From contig CM059438.1 of NCBI GenBank assembly GCA_030390025.1, forward strand, positions 17,112,001 through 17,176,000: a stretch of DNA of 64,000 bases, in the 5' to 3' direction. The notes under the pieces are model-generated. The model was not told the DNA's origin and ran no database searches. It saw only the letters and a program-made list of their open reading frames with translations. Source of the DNA: Squalus acanthias (Eukaryota). This document shows positions 1-12,500 of this stretch, piece after piece. The position numbers were made by a program, and so were the translations under genes. Every line of letters starts with the position of its first letter. The stretch's first letter is position 1.

Positions 1-3000
1 ACAGAAGTTGAAAGATTTCCTAAAGGACAATATTTGAATCTGTGCTTTCATTTCAACATTTTCTTCACATTCTCGCCCACCAAAAAAACTCTTCACACCT
101 GAGTAAGCATTTTCTTCCAAATCTACTTTTCCTATTCTTATTTATACAGTGGTCTGCGCCCTTTCACAGTATTATATAGCTCATTTCTGGCCAAGGTCTT
201 GCCCTTTGTTAACTGGCCATTGTTCCCAAGGACAAGGCCTTCATTGACTAGTAAAATTCTCCTGTTCAGAAAGAGGCCTCTCTTCTCCTCCAACAAACGA
301 TGACAGGACCACTGACACGACAGCATACTAAGACAATACTGCACGACCAGGCAGCACAAAACCTCTCCAGAATGCTCTCACATATTTCCACGCTGTTCCA
401 GCTGTCAGGAAAGAAAGACCACTTTCTGGCCACCCAATTGTTACAATTGTATAAGCAACCCCAAACTAAAATCATGCTTTGGGGCCTACTATCCTCTCGA
501 GTCATTCGGTAGAGAACTACTGCTATTAAATGCATTTCGTACATTAAACCATTACTTGCTCAGCCGTACCAGTTCCTTGCATATTTTGGGAGCAGGAAGA
601 TTTTAGTGCGTTTCAGTGAAACAGCCACCCTTGTGGTGGCATTCTCAGCTAACACCAGCATTCTTAAGAACTTTCCCACCCAATGACTATCTAGTGAGGT
701 AAAAAGTTTCAAAAGACAAATTCACTTCTTCCCCGTACAACTCCCAGTACGGAAATAGCTGAAAGTAAGCACTTATTGCTATAATTTAAAATAGTTGTGC
801 AATTAAAAAAAAACATAGAAACATCAGAGTTAGGAAGACTTTCTCAATAGCCATCTTTTGAACCCCATAGTAGTACGGTAGAAAAATATATAGGTCTCTT
901 TTTGGGGGGGGCGGGGGGGGGAGGGTTGGGGAAGAGTGGCATGATGAGGCCACACTTTAATATGTGGTTGGGACTCACTTGTGTTGTAAAACAGAATAAT
1001 TAAGACTGCTAGATAAACATGCAGAGAACAAAAGACCACAAGAAGTAGGGAAAACAATGAAGAAGCAGATTTACAAAAAGGTGGATTAACATGTTATCAC
1101 TGCATGTTATAGTACATTAAATACTGCTGGAGAATATTTGAGTTACTCCAATTGCAGCGTGCATTCCACTGCAAACGCAGTGGCTTACTGAAAGGAGCCC
1201 TTTATCCCAATTGCTTTAGTCATTCCACCCATTTTACACATACTAGGGCCCTCTATAAGTAGTCTTTAAGTCACACAAAAAAAGAAACCGTTTCAGAGAT
1301 TGACATTTGGGAGGTTCCTCTATTAGAGAGTGACCCATAAACATAACTTACACTGTCAGAGGTTTTTGGCTACTGCTGAACAATAAAATGAGCCACATGT
1401 GACTCCGTCAGAATATATTTAATTTGTTTTTGACTGCCCTTATTTACCCAATAAATGGGTATATGTCTGTAACAGAACTTTTACAGTTACCTGCCTAAGT
1501 TAGCTCCTAAATTAGCCAGCCTGCAGCATTTTAATATTTAAAATGTTATTTAGTAACCTAGTAAGTTTTGGATACATCTTGCGCTCTAATTCACACATTG
1601 TTTTTGAGTTAATATGGGTTGCGGTCTTAAACTCATGCAATTTTATCAACAGTGCAGTTATTTAGATGGTTGTTCCTTATTTCCGTTTGATAACATTGAG
1701 CCTGAGGGCAGAAAGGTCATGTTTTACAAAGCAGTTCCCATTTCTTACAATGCACGTATGCTTATTGAGGAGCCTTGAGCACCGTCCTTTTCAGCAAAAA
1801 AAAATCAATTTGCACTTACAGCAGTTCAGTCTAACATATAAAAGAGTTTCACAGAGTCCACAGTACAATGACTGAACTCTGTGTAGGACGTGTGTGCCAG
1901 ACTGGACAAGTAGTACAAGGAAAGTTAACTGACAGGCAATGATCGATTGGTGTTTCAGGTTGACAAATTCCAGCAGTACAAGACATCTGCCAAGCATGTG
2001 ACCTGATAAATAGCAGCACCAAGGCTCAAATCCAAGTATTTATTTCAGTATAAACCGGAAAGCATTCATGTGCGAGTAAAAAAAAAGTGAGGAACAGGAA
2101 AAAAGGGGACAGTGGGACCATTTTATACATACTCAATAAAGGTTTACTTTTGTATTTTCACGGCCTTCAAAACATATGGAAAATGACTACAGTACCTTTG
2201 TGGCTATCATTTTGCCTAGAGCGCTTAGTAACATTAATGTAGCTTCAATCAGTGAAATTACCATATTGAGTGATTAAGCAACAAATATAGTAGAGGCCTC
2301 TTAATGGGAACACCCGCACGGAGAGCAAAATGTTTCCATTATCCAACTACTACTAAACAAATACAAAAATCTGAGTGGCAATCAAGTGCGTATTGGAAGT
2401 GTCAAAAACTAAAGTCATTAATTGATCTTTAACAGCAGGTTTACAGGATGTGAAGAAAATGTAGAACTATTTCACTGCGTTCGTTAGAAGTGCATTTACT
2501 CAACACAATCAAAGTGAAGCCCGACCAACTCCCATCGCAAAGGGTCCTAAGCACTTGCTTAAACACATTTACCTACTACAGTACTTCTGTTTATCTCTCT
2601 TGATTCAATCATGGAACAGTTACAGCTTTGCAACAGCAGGCCAAAACGTTCATACAAACCATCAGTCTTGCCATTAGAGTAGATTAGGATTAAAATCAGC
2701 CATCAAGTAAATGTTCCCTCTCAATTAACAAATAGTTTCATTGTCTGGGGTACCAGGTTTAAAAAAGATAAGTAAAAATTATGCTCAAACAGCAACATAT
2801 AGGAGTGTTTAAAAGCAAGGGGGGGGGGCTTCAAAATGTTGCAGGGGGAAAATATTCTACAAAGTAGATTAAAGTTTTGGAATGATATGTACTATGTTTA
2901 ACACGCTTAAAAAATTTATTCACGTCCATAATGATGCAAGTTCATACCACCTCAAAAATAGCGATTTTATCTACAATTGAAATATGCAACTTAAAACTCT

Positions 3001-4610
3001 GGACATGATTACTTCAACACCAACAAGTTCTATGAGAAGTTAACGTACATTATAATTAATGCTTTAACAATTCACACAGGAATGCTCAAGATTTGCTGTA
3101 AATTGTCCCGTCACACACTTAACATGTTTGCGTAGTTGTTGTTCAGATGCCAGTCCATACCAAATATGTATTTAAGTGAAATACAACCGTAACATAAAAA
3201 CGTTCTGTAGGTTAATTATATGGGGGAATCACAGGGAGCATATCATCAAAAAATAATAAAATTTCAGCCTTAAAATGCTCATTTTATTTGTTCTGGTGGT
3301 ATGTTCAGAACATCTGGCACTAATTTTGTTCATAGCAGGAAAAAGACAGCCCCACAGCAGTGGAATATATATACAAATAAAAACCTCAACTTATATACAT
3401 ATTTTTAAAAAAACATCAGATTTGTTTTTAAATCCAACGAGAATGCGTAATATCAGACCCAAATCGCCATTTGGGTACGTTCTAAAATATCATTGAATGG
3501 AAGGCTTTTGTTACACTACCCCACGGAGCACGAAGAGATGCCAAAACCTCAAAAGTGAGGTTTTCCTGTAAACTCAAAAAGACTGTTCAGAAAGGCTCTG
3601 TATATTCCTTTTTAAAATTAAATAAAAATCTTCCGCTCCCTCACAAAAATCTAAATGGATAGGAGTACATTCGATAACACCAACTTGCTGTCTAGGATTC
3701 TACAAATACCTATTATATCTGAAAAGCGCCATGCTTCTAATCATTTATTTAAATTATTTTTTTATATACACTTCAAAATGAGTAAACCTTCAGTACATCA
3801 AATTATTATGTGCAATCTTGGAAGTATTAACGGACATTGTACAAGTTTTAAAGGGAAAGAATGCAGGGCAGGGAGAAATTATACTACAGCGTGTTAGCAA
3901 TATTTCTTGCACATTTAAAATGTAAGGCGCTTTTATTTATAAAGATAAATTAAAATATTTTGTTTTTCACGCTCTAACTGATGACTGTGATAATAGAGTT
4001 AATTAAGAAAAAATGCAACTTTTTTTCTCCCCACCCCCCACCACCCCAACCACCCCCCTCGAAATGACAAGCATAGATATTAAAAGAAAAAAAGCCCAGT
4101 TTTACATTTGGTTTTGTACATGATTTGCACACTGTTGCATTCAAAACAGCTTCGATATTTGAGCTACATAAAGCAACTCTTCAAGGTATCAGAGCACATC
4201 CCACTTAAATTTTAAAAGTACAATTTAACTAAATGGAAGCATGGCAGTGGAATGTCGGAATTAGTCTGGCTACAGTTCTAAAATGTAAATCCTGCACTGC
4301 AATCTACGAGCGTAGAATATCCCGTACTAGGCAGCAATACAGAAAAAAAAAAATCAGTATCGAGCTGGTTAAAGCAACTTTTCTAAAGAAAACCCAATGT
4401 CGTGCTGCCTGCAATTGGATTTTCCTTTTTTTGTTTCTTCTTCACAGAACAGATTCTTATGAAAGCAGCGACACAAAGGTCACAGTTTCAAGTGTTGGAA
4501 AGAAGGTCGCTGCCTGAGCTGACCACCTCTTAACCACAGTAACTGGCCTTATCTGAAGCCCATCGTGTGAAATAAAATACAAACGTGCACTGTAGCGTAC
4601 AGTAACTTAC

Positions 4611-4733
4611 CCAGCTGTTTAGATTGAGGTGCCAGCAACCAAACTGATGGAGAAAGGAGAGCCCAGAGGCTAGCGTTCCTCCTTTATTGTTCCCTTCTTC
4701 CATTCCCAGCAAAATTGCATCCCTCGGGTACAT
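4611..4733 (-). CDS. Candidate alternative first coding exon (MYPRDAILLGMEEGNNKGGTLASGLSFLHQFGCWHLNLNSW), phase-0 donor
   Basis: ATG at 4733 (GGC-ATG context), 123 nt = 41 open codons, ending TGG|GTAAGT (consensus donor at 4610). Purine-rich, CpG-containing upstream leader. Same phase as the exon at 50595-50696. Confidence 0.55.
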
Positions 4734-6712
4734 GCCGCTTTGTCTTCTGTTGTCTCTTAACCTCTACAACTTTCCCCCCCTTTCTCTCTTGCCTCGGTGC
4801 CGAATGCGCTTTCTTTCTTCCTGGTTTTTCTAGCGTCTTTTTTTTTAAAGTACTAAAAAAAGATGTCTCAAAAGATCAAGAGCTTTCCAGTTCTGTGGCC
4901 TGGTGTTTTTAGAACCAACATCCTCATTCAAGTTTGCCGTTAGTAGCATCTTAGTCCCGGTGCAGTCCTATATCTGCCGTACAGCAGGCACCAAAATTTA
5001 GGGCACACTCAAACGATAACATAGATCACTGCACCAAAATGCTCACTTAGAAATGAGTAAGACCGCACACACGGGTATAACCCCATGCGTACTATTTATT
5101 TTCTTTTCAAAGCCTACAACTCTCCTAGGATTACCAAAATGACAATGCTGCAACTCTATATGGAAAGGTATCAATAAGTGCAGGAGTGAAGAGACAAGCG
5201 TTGGTTAAGGGAGCATGATCAACAAACTGTAGCATGCAGTCACATCTGTGGGAATGTCAAATCCCTCACGCTGAACTTCTGGGGGTAGAGCTGCGAGAAA
5301 GCTCTTATTTTTTTGACACAGTGACATTATTATATATATATCATACATACACACACTCACATACATATAAATATATAAAAAGACACCTGTGAGGTCTTGC
5401 CATCAGTCCCAGCAGGTTTTTTTTTTATTATAATAGAAAATAGGGGGGAAAAAAAGGCAAAGCACTAGACCTCACTGCAGCTTCTACTGGCTGACCTCGG
5501 CTGCACACAATATACAAGAGCAGCTTTTGTATTGCAAGGATTCTCTTTCTGAGTTGCTCTTTGCATACTGCTTCCCGTCGCTAATTGCATCCCCAAACAA
5601 AACCCTCTCCATCTCCAAATTGGGGGCAGCTCATATGTTCCAGTAAATGCTTTTCACAATAGAAGCAAAAGTAATGAAATGTTCCCATTAACCCTCACCC
5701 CCCTCCTAAGTATAGGTGGCATACAGCCCACGACACCACCACCCCACCGCCACCTCCCCCCCGCATAAAAACGACAACTTTTTAAAAACAAACTTTACAC
5801 GCATACAGTTTTAAACTCGTTTAGTAGATTCTGCAGAACACTTAACACACTTCTTCCTCTCATCTATCCGTACTGCGCAAGAAAAGTGACAAGACACGAG
5901 AACAGGGGAAACAAAACAGTGTGCCGTTTTTCCCTTTTTATTTAGTGCCCTGCACTAATCTGGCCTTCGCGTGCAAAGTGTCGGCCAGAAATCTTTAAGG
6001 CCTTAATACCAAAACAAAACCTTTGAATTCCCTTTATATGGTGCAATACAGGCGCTAACAAAGGCAATGAGGCTACAGTTTGACATGTAAAAAGCCCAAC
6101 AACGAGGCAGCTAATTACATTCCCTCCCTCTATTCACGGTGGCCACCACACTCCAGCAGCTTCCTTTGTCACACGTGCAATTTCTTAAGTAAACTGGGAG
6201 TTTGGTTGCTGATGATGGACAGTTACTAATCATTTAGCACAATGAGCGCTAAGTGTAGGCAGAAAGGATGGGCAACTTCAACACAGATTTCTTTGGGCTT
6301 GGAGGATGTGAGAAGAAAAAGGAGCGGGAGGAAAGCTCGCCACAGACGACGAAAGGTGAACACTTAAAATACCAGACCCTTTCAGCTCACATATTTACCT
6401 TGCATCTACTGAGGGGAGGGGGGAGGGCGGGGGGGGGGATGTGGAGGGAAAGGCAAAAAAAACTGTGGGAAAGAGAGAATGCAAATCAAACTTGCCAAGT
6501 CAGATCAACTTCAGCCATTACATCAAGTAAAAAGAAATCTGAATACTTCCTTTACTGAATAGTTTTTTAAAAAGTTTTTTTAAATTGCAATTAAAATTAA
6601 ACACATTCTAAAACACAATGCATCTAAAAGTCATCATATTTGTCTATCTGAAACAACGCTTTTCAAAGCATTCATTATAACATTCAGCCCTTCTTAAAAT
6701 TTTCTAACTTAC

Positions 6713-6715
6713 CAT
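6713..6715 (-). other. Candidate 5' exon end consisting of a start codon (ATG|GTAAGT); exon 5' boundary unknown
   Basis: Minus strand reads GCAGGTGTAAATG|GTAAGTTAG, a perfect donor directly after an ATG in phase 0. Confidence 0.35.
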
Positions 6716-7526
6716 TTACACCTGCTCAAATTACGATGCTTCACACTGCCTGAATTCAAGCATGCTGCCGTTCCCGTGCTACAGCACAAATCAGCCAGCT
6801 CTTCATGATGTGGGCAGATCCACTGGAGGGCAGCACCCTACCTGAGCCACTTACAGCCGAGATGCTGCTGAGATAGGGACACGAAGCGATTGCATCCAAC
6901 TCCAGCTCTCCAGGAAAAGATGCTCAAGTTCAGGTCTATTCAGTGAATTACCTTGCTTCATGGGAAAGAGATAATGAGATGGCAGCGCTCATTTGATCAG
7001 AACCAGCCCCAAACCACTCTAACAGTTCAGAAAGGAACAAAAGAACAACAGTCGCTTGCTTACTTGAAAACATTAAAACCAGTTGCAGCCTCCTATAATG
7101 TTAAATTGGCTGGTATTTTGAACCCACAGAGAAAAAAAAAAAATTTCCCCCTCACCCCTCCCTCCCCCGAGGTATAAAGGCTAACCTACCGTTTATTTTG
7201 CCCACATAACCAGCTCAGTTAAACACACTCGTCGGGAAATGCCAAACTATGCAATAATTTTGATACATCGATTCCAGGTAAAAATAATAAATAAAAGGCA
7301 ACTTAGCAAGTTGTATATCTGCACTCTAATATTTGCCAGTCGAATGTGGCAAGCGGCTCCATAAAGCTTCACTGCCCACTTTTGAAGCCTGCGTTACTAA
7401 CACACGCAGAATGACACCGCTGAGCGCCTTTAAAGGATACTAGGAAAAAAATGACTATTGATCTTCAAATGGTGATAATTGAAAAGATCAAAAGATTAAA
7501 CAAAATCAAAAAATGCGCTGACTTAC

Positions 7527-7940
7527 CATGTTATGCTTTTTTTTTGTTACAACTTGGTTGAAATTTCAGTCAAACAAGCTTCATCGGAGGTGTCAAATTT
7601 TTTGGCGGACTGTGATCGTATTACTTCCGCAGCCTTGCCTCACAATACTTCAGAACTTTTTACCTAGCTTTGGTTTACTTTGAAAGCTGCAGCTCAGCAA
7701 ACCAGCACAAATTATCTTGCCACCTTCTACAGCTCTGATGCTTTGGCCGCTAACTTTGGAAGGCCCTTTACTACTGCATCAAAATTAGCATTGTCAAAGC
7801 AGTTAATGAATATTAATACTGTATTTGTCATTGGAGCTGGCCTGATGCTGAACTCCGAGCCATCCATCAGGGACAAGATTAAGAACACAATTATTTCTGA
7901 CTGACAGGGTCCAAATCTGCTAGACTTTTTTTTTTGCAAT
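7527..7940 (-). other. Candidate 414-nt 5'UTR exon ending in a start codon
   Basis: Strong acceptor (long T-rich tract ending TTTTAG|ATTGC at 7940) and perfect donor AACATG|GTAAGT at 7527/7526 with A at -3. The phase-0 frame is closed by TAG after 6 codons, so it is non-coding apart from the terminal ATG and uORFs. Confidence 0.6.
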
Positions 7941-9254
7941 CTAAAAAAATAAGAGACAAAAAAAAAATAACATCTTATGGGTTCCCCCTGGGGACTAACA
8001 GTCAGATTAATACACTTTTAATGAAGTGAAGGCTATTAAGTATGAAGAAAAAGCAAACAAGATGTACAAGTCGAACTTACAAATGCGGCAAGGTGGCTGA
8101 TAAAAATTAAAAGAATGGCATATCTTTTTCGACAGCTGTCTGAAATTTTTCTTCAGAGCTTTCTGGAGTGAAGAAAGAATCTTTCTTCCCAAATCTGCAT
8201 CATTTGAATAAGGAATGCACTGTTATAACCCACATGGGATAATTGTCTCTATCTTACGTCTTAACAACATCAACTCAAAGACAGGATCCTAAATAATTCC
8301 TACACAAATATTATAATCAACACTTCCTTAAAAGCAATCGACAATCATGATTATTCTCTCAATTGCATTTGCATAAACCATGTTGCTAAAAATACTTACA
8401 AAAAAATATAAAACGCTGAATAGACTTTCTGTGCAGACTTTACTATAACCATAATATAGGTTACGAAAAATTATTTTGAAGGTATAAAAGGCCAAGTTAA
8501 AGCATATTTAGAAACCTTAGAGCTACTTTAACGCTGACAGTTTCCGTGGGAATTTGGAAAAGTCGTGAACATAGACAACAAAAGGCAACTTAGTTCAACT
8601 ACATTTCTTTAGTTGCCTTTTATTTGCAGCTAAATATCACTAAAATTCCCTGCGTGTAAAGTCATGCTACTTGTCTTGATCTCCAGTAACAGAACTATAA
8701 ACGCACAGTAAACAACTTTTGCCGTTACGCGTATTTACTTTCTCGCCACCTCCCGCAAGCTTTTGCTCCCTGGATTTTGGTCAATTTGCACAAGATTGTT
8801 TTTTTTTTAAATCGGCTACAGAAAATGGCCTTGCCGCTCATACAGGTTTCATAATGGGAGACAACGGAAAAGTTCAGATGCAGTTTTAAAGCACAAAGGA
8901 AGTTTGGACTATAGTCATTTGAATTGCAAACCTAAAATGTTTAATTTCTCAGCCACCCTTCAAGAATAATCCCGGTGCACCAAAAGTGGGTAAGCATAGA
9001 ACTGGTCTTATCCCCCGCTCACGGGGCTCATTTTCCTTTCTCTGCAATGTTAAACCTTTTAAAGCTATTTTATTTAAGAGGTGATTTAAGGTTGGGGAGG
9101 AGGAGGAGGAGGAAAATAAAAAAAAGGAGAAAACTGACAGATGCGACAGTTAATGCCATCTGACCAGTGAAACGAGGGGGTCTGGGTCAAGCGACTATGG
9201 CTGCCGAGCTAATCTACTGCTCTCACTGACCACCCCACTGGCTGCTCCTAATAC

Positions 9255-9560
9255 CATTAGCAATCCTTAGGTGAACATTCTAAATTGGAGTTTTGTCCTC
9301 TGATGAGCCAGTCTGACCCCGTTGCAACAACCCTGGAGCTCCATATGCAGATGGTAAATCTCCTGAAAACGCTTCTTTCAGCTTTAAGATTTTTTTTCCC
9401 CTTGCGCCCGGTCCTTTTTGTTTCATTCGATTCTCTTTGCCCTCTCGGATTTGAAATAAACACCGCAAGCGCGAAAATGCGCCCGTTTTTCTAGCCTGTT
9501 ACTTGTACCATTCAGCTTCAGAAGTACGCCCGTCCTGATACATATCGAACAATCTATTGG
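9255..9560 (-). promoter_or_regulatory. Candidate CpG-enriched promoter or first exon ending ATG|GTATTA
   Basis: Local CpG cluster (GCGCGAAAATGCGCCCG, TTGCGCCCGG), CCAAT on the minus strand near 9560, and a weaker donor GCTAATG|GTATTAG at 9255/9254. Confidence 0.3.
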
Positions 9561-12500
9561 TGTTTTTTTTTTTGTGTAAACTACTTTTACGCTGCGCGAT
9601 CTTAAGAGGGGAGAGAGGAAAAAAGAGAAAATGGAGGATGCTTGTGAAAACTGTCAGATTTGAAGCTTTCTAACCAAGTGAAGTTAGAGGCTGCGGACTC
9701 TGAAGCTGTGGGTGCAGAAAGCATTTGCCTGACAGAACATTTACGGCAGACAGCTCCCGCTACCTCTACTTACACAGCACGATCACATCAGCCCTAGTAT
9801 CAAATTAACTCACTGACTTTGAAAGTTATTGATCTGCTATTAAGACACTAGTGAACTTGATGAAATCAGTGCTGTAGGTGCAGTGAAGACTTCAAAGTCT
9901 CACACAGACACATAAAACAAGTTTCTTTGATCCTTTTTACGATCCGCAGAGGGTTTAAAGCCCAATTCTCGATGTGCTGCTCTTCACACTCGTCAGGTCT
10001 GATTTTTTTTACCAATAGACAGCTTGATAATGTTAATAGTGCATATTTTAGCAAACAACTAATTCTAAACCAATATCTTAATCTGTTCAGACAAACAGCA
10101 TCATTTATTTAAACATGCCAAACAAAAACCAATTTCACCTTTATTGCTGTCTGCACTGCAGGAATCAGGAATTTTCAATGCAAGCAGTGTACATAGTTCT
10201 TGCCATTTCTACATTCACTATTTTATCATTAAAGAGACGACTAATTTGCGCAGACATACTGAAATCCTTACTTGAAGGATTGACCATTAATATTTACAGC
10301 AAAACACCGCAAATAAGTAAATTCATAACTTATTTTATGGATTTATTGAACAGATATACAAGCGCAGAATCTATAACTATTATTCAAAGCTACTCATTTT
10401 TTTTTTTTAAACACAGTAGATTTTAGAAAATAGCCAAAAGGCTAAAAGGAACACAATGCTATAATAACTGGCAGTACTGGTGTTAGAAAAGCAACAAAGG
10501 CATTGAAAAGTTCAAGTAGGAAACTGCTTCATTAGATCAGGGAATGATTTTACAATAACAAAAAAATTGAAATACAAAACTCAGTATGATTAAATGGCCC
10601 TTAAATGAGTCCCTAGATCATTCATTAGGAACCACAATTATTTCTTCTACACAGAACACACAACATGTCAACTTGAAAAATTAAGATATTGGCAAATAAA
10701 ATATTTAAATTATAATTTAAAATGTTGTACTCATTTGCAAAAAGACAAATTTGCAAAAAGACAAATTAATTACTTTTTTTTTAAACAAAGATCGGCTACA
10801 CTATAACATTTTTTAATTTTAACTATTAGAGAATTGTTTAATACTAGGAGTGGATGCAAATATTTGTATTTTTGAAGGGTTGCATTTATTGTTAAATGTA
10901 TTCAGCAAAAGTGACAATTTATGTAAGCACAGAGCACGTTCTCTTAATTATGAGAAATAGCATGTTACTGTAAACAAAAAATCATCAATTGCAAGGGCCG
11001 CTGCCATGATTTTACCATCAAAACCTAGAAAAGGTTCATGCAAATTTGCTACAAAAAAGGTTCTCTCTTTTAGACAGTTCTCACCAAAACACTGTTCACT
11101 AATGAAATCATCTACAATACAATTCAGGAACAAATTAAGTTTTTGTACTAGCTACTGGGGTCCCACTTACAATTCTAATGAAGTCAACACTCCAATAAGA
11201 TGTGTTCAGAAAGTTTCCTGGGCCACCAGCACAGAGATCCTTTTCACCAATTAGTGCAAAGAAAAAGGGGAAAAAACAGAGTGCCCGTACTCAAAGAGCT
11301 AGGCCTTACGGCAAATCTGTCATGTCGACTGAATTGATCAACGGGACTGGTATTTCTAATGGCATCTTGTCAGGAAAAGTCAGCCATAGGGAGCCACCTG
11401 TGTTACTCTTTGCAGACAGCTAAAGAGCGAGATACCGATCTCAGGCAGCATCTTTTACTAACAATTTGGGAGAGCAGTCTGATTTCTACTGCAGTACAAC
11501 TTGTCATTCTGCAATCATCACCTGGCTCCCTTTTTTTTTCAGAAATGGTTATATGCTGAACACAGCTCCTCTGTAGACAGCCAATTTACCAGAAACTCAG
11601 AACATTACAAAACGGTGAAAATTATCCATTTCTAATAAAACCAATTAATTGTGCATATCATTATGCTTATGGATTCTCTTCTCTTTAACCCCAAACAGAA
11701 CCTAGATTTTACAATATAACAAGAGTACAGATGATGTGAAGTCCTTTTTGGCCAAGGAATGTTTTTCCAGGTTCAATAATACAGCATCTGAAATTTAAGG
11801 TCAGTTCTTTAGCCAACAAGGTGTTCATGAACTATTTTGCAGTATGGTACCATAAACATTATAGAATATGGACGGCCAGATCTACACCAAATACATTATT
11901 GAGTTCCACAAAATGAATTACGGAAATTAGGAATTTGAATGTAAAAGCCGCTAAACGCATATATTTTTTAATGTATATTTTTAGGCGGTCTAGTTTGTTA
12001 AGCGAGTCAAAAACACTTGGCTTGCAAATCACGTATTGCAACCTTTCTTGCTCTCATCAGTCAATGAAATTCTCAGGTTCTTTTTTGCAGCCTGCGGCGG
12101 CGGCTTTGCCCAGGGACATATACCAATAGAAAAATTTTCATCGTGTTAGCATTTCAAATGGCAGAAAGTGAAAGGAAGCCCTAACTGATCATAGCCTGCG
12201 GAATTAATTGGCTATCCTCTGAATAATGTCGCTCACCGAATATCCTTGGGAGACGAGCACTAGCCGAGGCCACGTTTTGTGCAGCGGCTTCAAAAAAAAA
12301 AAAGCGCTTAGGGGGTATTGGCTGTCTTAAGACTTTAGCGCATTTCCCCAAAGACCAAGAAAACAGAAACAGCGAGCCTCGCCCAACTAATCCATTTGGT
12401 AATTAAACGCACAATTCCATTAAGCATTCTTCCATCGTTTCAAAATTATGTGAACAATAGATTCCGATCGCTCTAAATTTATATGCAGGATACTATATCA

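Noticed and set aside
10733-10767. Short tandem duplications (ATTTGCAAAAAGACAA x2; similar cases at about 23260, 43666 and 54672)
   Set aside because: Ordinary slippage duplications.
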